64,000 nt of DNA from Eledone cirrhosa (taxonomy: Eukaryota): assembly GCA_964016885.1 (NCBI GenBank), contig OZ024740.1, forward strand, positions 140,058,001 to 140,122,000. Direction: 5' to 3'. Numbering within the stretch: the stretch's first letter is position 1; each line of letters starts with the position of its first letter. Shown here in pieces: positions 12,568-26,880 of this stretch. The notes under the pieces were generated by a model. The model was not told the DNA's origin and did no database searches. It saw only the letters and a program-made list of their open reading frames with translations. The position numbers and the translations under genes are program-made.

Positions 12568-13302
12568 AAGACGAAGTTTTCTGTATGTGTGTGTATGTGT
12601 GTGTATGTGTGTGTGGACAATTTTTAATGAGGGCTCATATATTCTAAACCATTCATGCGATTTCTTTGAACAAAACCTGTACATGATCTACAAAGGCTTT
12701 CAAAAATCGATATTTGGGCCTTTGGAGACATTAAAAAAGTTTCGGTTATTTGTGTCAATTTTCGTGATTAAGTAAGACAAGAGTTATCTTTAAGTAAGAC
12801 AAGAGTTATCTTTCGTAATTCGGCTCATTAGGATTTTAATTTACTCTTTGTACTTGAAACAAAAGGTACGCTTCCTTGAGACTAACAATATCATTTTGTA
12901 TATTTCACAACCAGCAATTTCTAACAGATTACTAAGTTAAGTTATAGATTTGACATTGTATAATATATCGTTTCAAGCTTGATGTTCATACATTAAGTAG
13001 TCATAACTTTTACAATATTATGCTTTGTACATAATAGTGTCTATTATTCACTTCACTTCTCTATTTCATGATGCGCTTTTACTGTTGTCAAAACAATTTA
13101 TACCTAGACTGGATTTCTGTTGTTACATGGTATAACGGATGACACCGAGCTCACATATTAATTATTTCGCTGGAATAGTGCCTAAGGTTTTCATGTTTAC
13201 ATAAAGTACGTTTTTCTTCTATGTATTCAAATTTATTTTGTTTAGTTTAATGAGCTACATCGAAAGCTACTTGAACCGTCCAAAGGACGGGTAGTTTAGC
13301 TA

Positions 13303-13337
<35 letters not shown>

Positions 13338-13340
<3 letters not shown>

Positions 13341-13416
13341 GGTATCTATAAATTCCGTGTGCAATATAAAATATTTATAGTGTTTTAAATTACACGCGGA
13401 CTTTAAGGACATCCTG
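13338..13416. mobile_element. Tiny Tc1/mariner-type MITE (79 bp)
   Basis: TA|CAGGGTATCT...GGACATCCTG|TA, with about 28 bp imperfect TIRs (21/28 by eye) and TA flanks. Confidence 0.55.
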
Positions 13417-13651
13417 TATATATATGTGTGTGTGTGTGGCGAGTGTGTGCTATATACACTTTTATAGTTTGGATGGTTTCAATCTGTAGTCGCCTTATAT
13501 GGCATGATCAGGCCAGAACAGAGGAAGGTGTCAAGTTTGCCATTCGGTATGGAATTACAATTTTGAAGTTCATGATAATGGATACACCCTCGCATACACA
13601 TACACATACACATACATACACACACATTCACACACGCACACACTCACACAA

Positions 13652-13730
<79 letters not shown>

Positions 13731-14786
13731 TACACACACATACGCGCGCGCGCGCACTCGTGCACGTGTGTTAGTAATGGCTGTTTCAGATGCTGGAAAT
13801 GAGTTCGTACATGCATAGATATATACATGATGCATGATGGCTGCAAACTCTGCTAAGAGTATTGCAATCGCTTGTCACATTAGACATGATTGGAGAATGT
13901 ACGCTTGCACGTTTTGGGCCTCCGTCGACCCTGTCGATGATTCTTCCAGTTGTTTGACCAAGGGAACAACCTGAACATGAAATTAATGTGCAAGTGGTTG
14001 AGCATTCTACAGACATGTGTATCCTTAAATTAGTTCTCAGGGAGATTCTGTGTGACACACAGCATGATGAGACTAGCCTTTTGAACTACAGTTGCAACAC
14101 ATTCGTTCTCGCTGAGTGTACAGGAACAAGGTGAAATAAAGTGTCTTGCTGCCGAAAGGGTCAACACGCTAGCTGGAATTGAACTTATGTTCTTAATATC
14201 AAACACCCTATCCACCAAGCCACGCAATTTCAGACATACGCATATATGATAAAACAAATTCTCATTCGCACTACATGCTGCAAACAAATATGCAGGCACG
14301 TTCATATGTGTGCAAATACTTACATGCATGGGGGCTGCCAACTCGTTTTCGAGTACGGCCACTACTTTATATCCATGTAGGAGAACCCCTTACGATGCGC
14401 TGAACGAGTAACTTTTTAGTCCAGCCAGCAACATGAAAACTCTGGTACAAACACTACACTTGTGACAATTATTGACACATAGTGCTGGGCCCATGGTACC
14501 GTGTGACGACAAGTGCAGAGAGATCTCCAGATATAAAGCAATGCCTGTGCCGAGCTTTTATAGTGAGCAAATGCACTGCACAAAGCCAGTCCCACTCTCT
14601 TAACCAAGATGATATTTACCAAAAAGAAGAACAAGCCAACATCATTGGATACCATCAGGGTTGCAGGTGTTATATCAGAGCTTTCCTTCTCCTAGAATTC
14701 TGCCTTGACAAAGGCTAAGGGGTCATCTCTCTCGGATGCATACACATATGCATACAAACATACATGCATAACTTCCTACATATGAA

Positions 14787-14964
14787 AATAATTGTTTCTA
14801 CTTTTGGCACAAGGCCAGCAAATATCCCAGTGTATTACTGGTACTTTATTTTATCTACCCCGTAACGATGTAAGGCAAAGTTAACCTCAGATCATAAAGA
14901 GAGGTAACACTATGCTTCAAAGCATGGCGTCAGACCCTCTACCGATACTGCCAATCCACCGCCC
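14787..14964 (-). mobile_element. Young SINE, family 1, small internal deletion
   Basis: Reverse complement of the 6936-7121 consensus. Confidence 0.85.
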
Positions 14965-15167
14965 ATATGAAAATAATGAAAATGCCTCAATATAGCTATA
15001 TACATATATGCATTCATACTTATATACTTATTTACATACAAACATACATACATAATATATATATGGTTATATACGTTCATAATACATATATTCATATATA
15101 CATTCATACACGTACGTAGATGCATAATACATACATTCATGGCTACCCAACTGAGATCAAAATTTCA

Positions 15168-15239
<72 letters not shown>

Positions 15240-15367
15240 GGTTACACAAGAAACGTATGAGATTCAGCCTAAAAAGTCGATTAAAACTATGCAATTAAAA
15301 GCTGTAACAATATTAATAACACACACACACACACACACACACAACACACACACATACACACACACAC

Positions 15368-15434
<67 letters not shown>

Positions 15435-15546
15435 TATTTATACATATATATATACATATATATAAATATATACATATGTATATATTTTTATTGTTCTTTT
15501 AGCTTGGGTTGGAATTTATCAATTAAATTCTTATATATATATATAC

Positions 15547-15667
<121 letters not shown>

Positions 15668-15677
15668 AATATATATA

Positions 15678-15710
<33 letters not shown>

Positions 15711-15722
15711 CAAATATATATA

Positions 15723-15805
<83 letters not shown>

Positions 15806-16254
15806 AATGTTATTGATAATAAATTCCAACTCAAGCTAAATGAACAATAATAATGCTTAGGGGTATTACTCCTACTATGACTACGCCTACGACCATGTCG
15901 ACTACCACCACTAACAACAACAACAACAATAATAATAATAAAAGTGATGTTGATGTTAATGATTACTGAAGATTTTTCATAAAAACCCTAGAAAATGCTA
16001 TTTTCATTATTTCTAAAAATATCAAAACAATTGATGCTTTGGATAGGGTCAAATAGAAGTCGTTAGACATGCTCAACCAGCCGTGACGCCTAAACCAATA
16101 AGCTTTAGTAATCTAGTGAAACCACACACCGATTGGTCGAAATACAGTTTGCAAAAGTTAACATTCTGTAGCCCCTTTTTACTGTATATAAGGCACACAT
16201 TTTAGCCATCTCATTACAGTTGAAAATTGCAAACTTGACAGTCACCACTGAATA

Positions 16255-16293
16255 TGAACCTGAAGATTGCGAAAGCATGAAAGTACTTGTTCA
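16255..16293 (+). ncRNA. Minimal type-I hammerhead ribozyme motif
   Basis: TGAAC-CTGAAGA-T-TGC(GAAA)GCA-T-GAAA-GTAC-TT-GTTCA: 5 bp stem I, intact core, stem II with GAAA loop, palindromic AGTACT stem III. Confidence 0.7.
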
Positions 16294-16444
16294 ATTAACA
16301 TTTAACATTTAATATTCTACCATACTATTTCATTCTAATATCATTATGATTTTAAAGGATTGTAAATAAAACGAGTAAATCAGACAAAGCTGGAATTCCT
16401 TTTATTAATATAATCTTCTATACACAATCATACACACCCGTGTA

Positions 16445-16497
<53 letters not shown>

Positions 16498-16535
16498 TTG
16501 CGACGTTTTTTATATGAAATCGTGTGTCGAAACAA

Positions 16536-17248
16536 ATATTGTTATACTTGGGGAGGGTCATATTTGTGTAATATTGCCAGAATTAATAACAGAACACACT
16601 CACTGTTTGGTTGGCTTTCGCTTTTCGCTTCTGTGTCTTTTATATCGGTAATCTAATATACTCGCTCCTCAATGTTGCCATTGACTGACCGATGGTCAAA
16701 AATAATACAGATACAATATAGACACAAACACATATATATAGTTTATCATAAATCTTTCGTTGCACATCTGCAACATCGTCAGTGGTGCTATTGTTTCCTC
16801 CTGTTGAATTGTATGGCTACGCCATTTTTATTCAGTCTGTCTATATATTTATTTATTTATTTGCTTGTTTGTTTATTTTATTTTGTCTTCTTTGCGCATG
16901 CGTTTGCGTGTGTGTATAGTGTTATGTGTGATGTGTGTTCGTGATTGGGTGACTAATGTGTGTTTATGTGTTTGTTGTTATTGTGCTTGTGTATGTATTT
17001 ATTTATTTATTTATTTATGTGCAACGAAAGATTTATGATAAACTATATATATGTGTTTGTGTCTATATTGTATCTGTATTATTTTTGACCGTTGGTCAGT
17101 CAATGGCAACATTGAGGACCGAGTATATTAGATTACCGATATAAAAGCCACAGAAGCGAAAAGCGAAATCCAACCAAACAGTGAGTGTGTTCTGTTATTA
17201 ATTCTGGCAATATTACACAAATATGACCCTCCCCAAGTATAACAATAT
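16536..17248. repeat. Inverted repeat: arms 16536-16767 and 17017-17248, between (TA)n tracts
   Basis: About 230 bp arms that are near-perfect reverse complements with a few substitutions. Confidence 0.95.
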
Positions 17249-17273
17249 ATATATATATATAATATATTATATA

Positions 17274-17447
<174 letters not shown>

Positions 17448-17561
17448 TATATATTATATAATATTATACATACACACATATGTATAATTATATATATATA
17501 TTAATGTGTATGTGTGTGTGTGTGTGTGTGTCTGTGTGTCTGTCTGTGTGTATATATATAT

Positions 17562-17619
<58 letters not shown>

Positions 17620-17775
17620 TGTGTGTGTTGATTACGAGAACGGGCTGAGACCATGACATTTGCAAGCCTCCCTGCTGACCAGTACGAGAATCTCACACAG
17701 ACAGATTAATAGAACTAAATCCTGTGATGAGTAGGCTCTCCCATTGGAATCATAGACTAACGGACCTACCTGTTC

Positions 17776-17948
17776 AAGAAGAAGAAGAAGAAGAAGAAGA
17801 AGAAGAAGAAGAAGAAGAAGAAGAAGAAGAAGAAGAAGAAGAAAGAAGAAGAAGAAGAAGAAGAAGAAGAAGAAGAAAGAAGAAGAAGAAGAAGAAGAAG
17901 AAGAAGAAGAAGAAGAAGAAGAAGAAGAAGAAGAAGAAGAAGAAGAAG
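17776..17948. repeat. (AAG)n microsatellite
   Basis: Direct reading. A longer pure (AAG)n tract lies at about 27424-27645. Confidence 0.95.
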
Positions 17949-18614
17949 ACCACATGGGCTTACATAAAGGTCGAGGAAGATACAAAAAGGTACATAAAAT
18001 AACATGTAAAAGGGGAAAATAATGAAAACAAAACCAGCATGAGAAACAATAAAAATGAAAATAATGAAAATGCCTCATTATAACTACTTGTGGTAAAACA
18101 AAACAACAGTCACCCTAACCAAGGATCTTCTCCTAATTGTCCTCCTCCTATCCACAGGTGCATCCTTAGAGCAGACACTAACCATGCTCGTTTAGCTTAT
18201 CCACTTTTCAATAAATTTGCTGGAAGGCAGCACTTCCCTCCCCACCTTCAATTTCCTTTTCAAGTGCAACTTGAAACATTTTATAAGAGCTTAGCCCAAA
18301 ATAAGTCTCCGTCTTCAACCTGTTTAATCTCATTCCCCATACAGCTTCTTTCCCCGTGGCCACCAGACTGGTAAAAACTAACTGCCCTTCATGGCCAAAG
18401 GAAGAGGATGGAGCGATCTTCACAATGGATTCAGTTGGTAACCGGAAGGCTGTAAGCATTTGACGACATTCCAGTTGCCAAGCGTCTGTTTTCAATCTCA
18501 GCATAACCCAAGATGAATTAAAGAAAGACAAGTCTGACCAACGGTGACCACACCCGCTCACCGTCAAGAAAATGCTAAAGATGTCGAACGTTCAGTGCAT
18601 GTCTGCGACATCTC

Positions 18615-19010
18615 CAGTTGCCAAGAATCATAACATTACCATCCTGTAGGACATTCCAATAAAGACAAATAGAGAACTCAAAGCAATCAGACCAGACATA
18701 ATTTAAAACTCCAAGAATAAAACCTGTATGCTGATTAATATAACAATATTAGCAGCCCGCAACATATTAGTTAAGTTCAGGGAAACACTGTCTATATATA
18801 AAGACATCGAAGGTGAAATCTCCTGACTGTGGGACATGATCACCCAAAAAATTTAACGAACAAAATTGCAAGAATTATCACCTACAAGAACTAAAACATT
18901 CTAAGAAAATACATATACTACGGCGCTATCCCCAATTAACATCATATACTTTGTATAACATCAGAACGATTGTTTGGACTCGGGACTCAAAATAATAAGA
19001 AGAATAAGAA
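18615..19010 (+). mobile_element. 3' end of an RLE-domain non-LTR retrotransposon (R4/Dong/NeSL-like), degenerate
   Basis: Translates ITIL*DIPIKTNRELKAIRPDII*...KTCMLINITI...ETLSIYKDIEGEIS*LW, matching the WD..I.TD....NRPD...ID.......EK..KY restriction-like endonuclease pattern. Ends in an AAT-rich tail. Confidence 0.65.
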
Positions 19011-19052
19011 TAGTAATGTTGATGATGATAATGATAATAATAATATACTTAC

Positions 19053-19136
19053 CTGCGATGAATAGAAGACGTCCATCTTGCCATAATCAAAATAAAGGTT
19101 TTCAAAATTAAACTCTTCCTTTAACCAGTTCGGCAT
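19053..19136 (-). CDS. Rolling stone-like protein, first coding exon (MPNWLKEEFNFENLYFDYGKMDVFYSSQ)
   Basis: ATG at 19136 and 28 codons ending CAG|GTAAGT (perfect donor at 19052). It joins in phase 0 to W at 5723, restoring the Rost N-terminal pattern KEEF.....F.......F..SQW. Confidence 0.85.
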
Positions 19137-19290
19137 TATTATATATATTTGGAAGGTGATGAAGGAGAAAGATGCACAGATACAAGCATGAGAGAGAGAG
19201 GGGAGAGAGAGGGAGAAAGAGAGAGAGAGGGGGGAGAAAGAGAGAGAAGACAGATTTTTCTTAAAGGTTTTGTTGCTGATATATTTATAC

Positions 19291-19344
<54 letters not shown>

Positions 19345-19358
19345 GTGATATGTATGTG

Positions 19359-19406
<48 letters not shown>

Positions 19407-19576
19407 TATATATATATATATATAACTTGTCCTTGCAGTGTGTGGCTCAGTTGTTACATTACACAACTCTTTTACGTTAGAGTTCCAAAACTGTGATCAC
19501 CATCCTGCCGATAGCTTGCATACCAGTCATTGATATAAATGATGGCTATTGATTCCATATCGATTATATAACCTGT

Positions 19577-19641
<65 letters not shown>

Positions 19642-19725
19642 ATAGTGGTGTTGGTTGGTGGGGGAAATGATGGTTGTTGCTGGCCGTCGTTCAACTATGT
19701 ATGTATGCATATATGTGTGTATGTA

Positions 19726-19830
<105 letters not shown>

Positions 19831-20120
19831 GTGTGTGGGGGGGGGGGGGGGGTCTGTATGATGATGAATTTGATTGGATGATCTGTTTGATGATGTTTGG
19901 TATGGCGGGAAGTGAGGGTGATGTGAGAACGAAGACGAGACGTGAGATTAGGGTGGGCGAGACGTGACGAGACGGCAAGTCAAGACGAGACTTTGCGAAA
20001 CATTTTTATTTTTTATATTTCTTTCCACTTTTCCGAAATAAACACAATCAACAATAACAAGAACAAAATATTCTGTTGCTGATATAATAGCTGCTGCTGC
20101 TGCTGCTGCTGCTGCTACTA

Positions 20121-20156
<36 letters not shown>

Positions 20157-20212
20157 TTGCTGCTAGTACTACTACTGTTGCTGCTGCTGCTACTACTACT
20201 ACTCTACTATTG

Positions 20213-20247
<35 letters not shown>

Positions 20248-20301
20248 GCTGCTGCTACTACTAGTAGTACTACTGCTGCTGCTTCTGCTACTGCTGCTAC
20301 T

Positions 20302-20336
<35 letters not shown>

Positions 20337-20789
20337 GATAATGATGAGGATGATGATGGTGGTGGTGGTGGTGGTTGTGGTGGTGGTGGTGGTGGTGGTG
20401 GTGGTGGTGGTGGTGGTGGTGATTGTGATTAGTACAAATGATATTACAAGTAATCAGGTTAGTGTATGTGTGTATCTGTATGTGTGTGATTGGTGGCGGC
20501 AGTTATTAAGAGTGTAAGGAGTTTTAAGGATTGATTGGAACCCACCACCACCACTACCTCCACCACTACCACCACCACCGCTACCTCCACTACCTCCACC
20601 ATCACCACCACTACCTCCACTACTCCCACCACCACTACCGCACACCACCACCCCCACTACCACCACCACCACCACCACCACCACTACCGCACCACCACCA
20701 CCACCACCACCACCACCATTCAACTGAACAAGTATAAAGTGTTTCAAATTATTTACTTGGGAAACAACAACCAATACACCTGTCATACA

Positions 20790-21110
20790 ACCCCATCATT
20801 TTCATCACCACCACCACCATAAACATCATCATCATCCACATCAACCACCATCACCACCACCACCATAAACATCATCATCATCCACATCAACCACCACCAC
20901 CACTACCACCATCATCATCATCCACATCAACCACCACCACTACCATCACCATAAACATCATCATCATCCACATCAACCACCACCACCACTAACATCATCA
21001 TCATCCACATCAACCACCACCACCACTACCATCATCATCATCATCCACATCAACCACCACGACCACTACCATCATCATCATCATCATCCACATCAACCAC
21101 CACCACCACT
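20790..21110. repeat. Minisatellite of about 36-42 bp, (CAT)n-CCACATCAA-(CCA)n units, about 8 copies
   Basis: Recurring CATCATCATCCACATCAACCACC inside a 20080-21330 trinucleotide-rich block. Confidence 0.85.
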
Positions 21111-21201
21111 CCCTTCATCATCATCATCATCATTATCGTCACCACCACCACCATCACCATTATCATCATCCCTTCCACCAACCATCAAAACTGCCACCAC
21201 C

Positions 21202-21232
<31 letters not shown>

Positions 21233-21419
21233 TCATCGTCATCGCCTTCATCAATATGTTCATCATCGTTTTAGTGATCTCCTTCGTCCTCCTCATCCCC
21301 ACCATTATCATCATCATCGTCAATGTCATCCTATACCCACTTCCTCTTCTCACCCATCTTCGTTCTCTTCTATTTCAGTTCTATCAAAGTATCTTCGACG
21401 CATTGTACGGGATTCCTAA

Positions 21420-24400
21420 CATGTGTGTGTATGTGTTTGTATGTCTGTATGTAAGTGTATGTCTTTATGTGTTTGTATGTCTGTATGTAAGTGTACATGT
21501 GTGTATGTGTTTGTATGACTGTATGTGTTTGTATGTCTGTATGTAAGTGTATGTGTGTGTATGTGTTTGTATGTCTGTATGTAAGTGTATGTGTGTATGT
21601 GTTTATATGACTGTAAGTGTTTGTATGTCTGTATGTAAGTGTATGTCTTTATGTGTTTGTATGTCTGTATGTAAGTGTACATGTGTGTATGTGTTTGTAT
21701 GACTGTATGTGTTTGTATGTCTGTATGTAAGTGTATGTGTGTGTATGTGTTTGTATGTCTGTATGTAAGTGTATGTGTGTGTATGTGTTTGTATGTCTGA
21801 ATGTAAGTGTACATGTGTGTATGTGTTTGTATGACTGTATGTGTTTGTATGTCTGTATGTAAGTGTATGTCTTTATGTGTTTGTATGTCTGTATGTAAGT
21901 GTACATGTGTGTATGTGTTTGTATGACTGTATGTGTTTGTATGTCTGTATGTAAGTGTATGTGTGTGTATGTGTTTGTATGTCTGTATGTAAGTGTATGT
22001 GTGTATGTGTTTGTATGACTGTATGTGTTTGTATGTCTGTATGTAAGTGTATGTCTTTATGTGTTTGTATGTCTGTATGTAAGTGTACATGTGTGTATGT
22101 GTTTGTATGTCTGTATGTGTTTGTATGTCTGTATGTAAGTGTATGTGTGTGTATGTGTTTGTATGTCTGTATGTAAGTGTACATGTGTGTATGTGTTTGT
22201 ATGTCTGTATGTGTTTGTATGTCTGTATGTAAGTGTATGTCTTTATGTGTTTGTATGTCTGTATGTAAGTGTACATGTGTGTATGTGTTTGTATGACTGT
22301 ATGTGTTTGTATGTCTGTATGTAAGTGTATGTGTGTGTATGTGTTTGTATGTCTGTATGTAAGTGTATGTGTGTGTATGTGTTTGTATGTCTGAATGTAA
22401 GTGTACATGTGTGTATGTGTTTGTATGACTGTATGTGTTTGTATGTCTGTATGTAAGTGTATGTCTTTATGTGTTTGTATGTCTGTATGTAAGTGTACAT
22501 GTGTGTATGTGTTTGTATGACTGTATGTGTTTGTATGTCTGTATGTAAGTGTATGTGTGTGTATGTGTTTGTATGTCTGTATGTAAGTGTATGTGTGTAT
22601 GTGTTTGTATGACTGTATGTGTTTGTATGTCTGTATGTAAGTGTATGTCTTTATGTGTTTGTATGTCTGTATGTAAGTGTACATGTGTGTATGTGTTTGT
22701 ATGTCTGTATGTGTTTGTATGTCTGTATGTAAGTGTATGTGTGTGTATGTGTTTGTATGTCTGTATGTAAGTGTACATGTGTGTATGTGTTTGTATGTCT
22801 GTATGTGTTTGTATGTCTGTATGTAAGTGTATGTGTGTGTATGTGTTTGTATGTCTGTATGTAAGTGTACATGTGTGTATGTGTTTGTATGACTGTATGT
22901 GTTTGTATGTCTGTATGTAAGTGTATGTGTGTATGTGTTTGTATGTCTGTATGTAAGTGTATGTGTTTGTATGTCTGTATGTAAGTGTATGTGTGTGTAT
23001 GTGTTTGTATGTCTGTATGTAAGTGTACATGTGTGTATGTGTTTGTATGACTGTATGTGTTTGTATGTCTGTATGTAAGTGTATGTCTTTATGTGTTTGT
23101 ATGTCTGTATGTAAGTGTACATGTGTGTATGTGTTTGTATGACTGTATGTGTTTGTATGTCTGTATGTAAGTGTATGTGTGTGTATGTGTTTGTATGTCT
23201 GTATGTAAGTGTATGTGTGTATGTGTTTATATGACTGTATGTGTTTGTATGTCTGTATGTAAGTGTATGTCTTTATGTGTTTGTATGTCTGTATGTAAGT
23301 GTACATGTGTGTATGTGTTTGTATGTCTGTATGTGTTTGTATGTCTGTATGTAAGTGTATGTGTGTGTATGTGTTTGTATGTCTGTATGTAAGTGTACAT
23401 GTGTGTATGTGTTTGTATGACTGTATGTGTTTGTATGTCTGTATGTAAGTGTATGTGTGTATGTGTTTGTATGTCTGTATGTAAGTGTATGTGTTTGTAT
23501 GTCTGTATGTAAGTGTATGTGTGTATGTGTTTGTATGTCTGTATGTAAGTGTATGTGTTTGTATGTCTGTATGTAAGTGTATGTGTGTGTATGTGTTTGT
23601 ATGACTGTATGTGTTTGTATGTCTGTATGTAAGTGTATGTGTGTATGTGTTTGTATGTCTGTATGTAAGTGTATGTGTTTGTATGTCTGTATGTGTTTGT
23701 ATGTCTGTATGTACGTGTATTTGTGTGTATGTGTGTATGTTTGTATGTTTGTGTGTCTGTATGTACGTGTATGTGTTTGTATGTCTGTATGTACGTGTAT
23801 GTGTGTGCATGTGTGTATGTTGGTATGGCTGTATGTACGTGTATATGTGTGTATCAGTTTCTATGTCTGTATGTGTGTATGTTTGTATGTCTGTATGTAT
23901 GTGTATGTGTGTATGTTTGTATGGCTGTATGTACATGCATATGTGTGTATGTGTTTGTATGTCTGTATGTAAGTGTATGTGTGTGTATGTGTTTGTATGT
24001 CTGAATGTAAGTGTACATGTGTGTATGTGTTTGTATGACTGTATGTGTTTGTATGTCTGTATGTAAGTGTATGTCTTTATGTGTTTGTATGTCTGTATGT
24101 AAGTGTACATGTGTGTATGTGTTTGTATGACTGTATGTGTTTGTATGTCTGTATGTAAGTGTATGTGTGTGTATGTGTTTGTATGTCTGTATGTAAGTGT
24201 ATGTGTGTATGTGTTTGTATGACTGTATGTGTTTGTATGTCTGTATGTAAGTGTATGTCTTTATGTGTTTGTATGTCTGTATGTAAGTGTACATGTGTGT
24301 ATGTGTTTGTATGTCTGTATGTGTTTGTATGTCTGTATGTAAGTGTATGTGTGTGTATGTGTTTGTATGTCTGTATGTAAGTGTACATGTGTGTATGTGT

Positions 24401-25150
24401 TTGTATGTCTGTATGTGTTTGTATGTCTGTATGTAAGTGTATGTGTGTGTATGTGTTTGTATGTCTGTATGTAAGTGTACATGTGTGTATGTGTTTGTAT
24501 GACTGTATGTGTTTGTATGTCTGTATGTAAGTGTATGTGTGTATGTGTTTGTATGTCTGTATGTAAGTGTATGTGTTTGTATGTCTGTATGTAAGTGTAT
24601 GTGTGTGTATGTGTTTGTATGTCTGTATGTAAGTGTACATGTGTGTATGTGTTTGTATGACTGTATGTGTTTGTATGTCTGTATGTAAGTGTATGTGTGT
24701 ATGTGTTTGTATGTCTGTATGTAAGTGTATGTGTTTGTATGTCTGTATGTGTTTGTATGTCTGTATGTACGTGTATTTGTGTGTATGTGTGTATGTTTGT
24801 ATGTTTGTGTGTCTGTATGTACGTGTATGTGTTTGTATGTCTGTATGTACGTGTATGTGTGTGCATGTGTGTATGTTTGTATGGCTGTATGTACGTGTAT
24901 ATGTGTGTATCAGTTTCTATGTCTGTATGTGTGTATGTTTGTATGTCTGTATGTATGTGTATGTGTGTATGTTTGTATGGCTGTATGTACATGCATATGT
25001 GTGTATGTGTTTGCATGTCTGCGTGTACATGTGTGTGCGTGTATGTGTGTATGCGTTTGTATGTCTGTATGTACGTGTATATGTGTGTATGTGTTTGTAT
25101 GTCTGTATGTACATATATGTGTGTGTGTGTATATGTGTATATGTTTGATG
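21420..25150. repeat. 3.7 kb compound satellite with higher-order repeats
   Basis: Modules TGTGTTTGTATGTCTGTA, TGTAAGTGTA, CATGTGTGTA and TGTCTTTA. Rare variants recur 594 bp and 1056 bp apart. Confidence 0.95.
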
Positions 25151-25460
25151 GAGGCACATACATGTATACACATACGTATATGCATATACACATATGTTTT
25201 TTCTTTTGTTTTTCGTTTTTCTCGTTTTTTTATATTTTTATAGATGTTGGGGAATCCCAAATATAAAAGCAGTGAGTTGGCAGAGTTATTTAAGTTTCTG
25301 ATTAAAAACTTTGCGGTATTTGTGCCAATTCCATGCACTCTGATTTCAAGTTACGCTGGAGTCAATTTTGTCTTTCAACCTTTCGGAGTCTATAAATAAA
25401 GTATTAGTTGTAGCCTACTTAAATGTTTTGCACGACCAGTTATAGACAATCAGAAATAAG

Positions 25461-25504
25461 ACACCTGAAGACTATCGGGAATCATGCTGATCGAAATGTA
25501 GTGT
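25461..25504 (+). ncRNA. Degenerate minimal hammerhead motif
   Basis: ACAC-CTGAAGA-CT-ATCGG(GAATCATG)CTGAT-C-GAAA-TG-TA-GTGT. Stems I and II are present; the stem II closing pair and stem III look mutated. Confidence 0.5.
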
Positions 25505-25871
25505 ATGATATAAAACTTTGTAAATATACACACTAAAGATGAGATTAGTTTCCCATTGACTGAGCGTTTCATTTGTTTGTGTCAATAGCCATTAAGACCT
25601 CCGTTAAGCCTAATCCCCATATTGTCATTTCCTTTCGCCAAATCGAAACTAGGACATCACGCCTGTATAAAGAGTAGTCCCCTTCCCTACTCTATCCAGG
25701 TAAAGTGACTGACATAGAAGGTATCGCTGCAGCAACATTGCCGCCATCTTGTTTGAATGGCATAGCTGAGATATATCATCCAGCCATGAGTGTAGTTTGC
25801 CTCTTCATTTCTTCTATCCACCTTTATTTTCTTTACCGCCATTTTTCGTTTTGTTAATCATAAATAAAGCT

Positions 25872-25940
<69 letters not shown>

Positions 25941-26038
25941 TGACAAAACATTCTTCTAAACTTTTATGAACTTATGATGAATTCTTTTTTTAAATTTAGA
26001 CACAGAAATTTAAAGACATTAAGGAAATAATTTAACAT

Positions 26039-26073
<35 letters not shown>

Positions 26074-26790
26074 TTATTATAGCTTCTATGATTTATTTCT
26101 ATAAAATAATTTAAATGACCTTATCAAATATATATAGCATACTATCCATCAAAATGACGTAGTTTATAGTAAGAAAAATTAATCTAATAATTCCTTAATT
26201 GCAATGTTTTATGTAAAGATGCTAGCATCCTCGAGTTTTGCTTGACCTTCTCTCTCTTGTCACTCAGGTTATCGCCGTATTTCCTTTTATATTCATTTAA
26301 ATCAATTACATAAATTTTCAGAATCGTCAGAGACACGTTCAAAATGTTTTGTAAAATTTCTTCCGTTTCTTTACATTCTGAGTTAAAATCCCGTCGAGGT
26401 CAACTTTACCTTTAATCTTTCCGGGGTCTGTAAGATAAAATACCAGTCAAATACTGGAGTCTATTTAATCGATTGTCTCCAAACCCAAAATTCCTGGCCT
26501 TGTACCAAAATTAGAAACCATTATCAAACATATATTTCACAAAATTCTGACTTATGTTACCTATATAACTATCTTCAGACTGCTATTGGGATTCGTGCTT
26601 TGTTATTGTTGGTATCGTTTTTTTTTCTTTTTCTTGTACGAAGATAGATATATTAGTAAATATATATAAATAACTAATAGATATACAGATATTTCCGACT
26701 CCCAGACCAATCTAGCACAAAGTGGTTGTCCAGTGATGAAGTCTTTTATTATTGATACATACACACTCACACACACACACACACACACAT

Positions 26791-26880
<90 letters not shown>

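Noticed and set aside
18820-18855. CTGACTGTGGG...CCCAAAAA resembling a hammerhead
   Set aside because: The core is incomplete and it lies in frame within the RLE retrotransposon coding remnant.
21420-25150. CRISPR-like regular repeat spacing
   Set aside because: No unique spacers and no cas genes; eukaryotic low-complexity satellite.
21416-25338. Long ORFs of 568, 547 and 310 aa ([10 protein letters not shown] repeats)
   Set aside because: Translations of a CA-rich satellite strand that lacks stop codons by composition; open in several frames.
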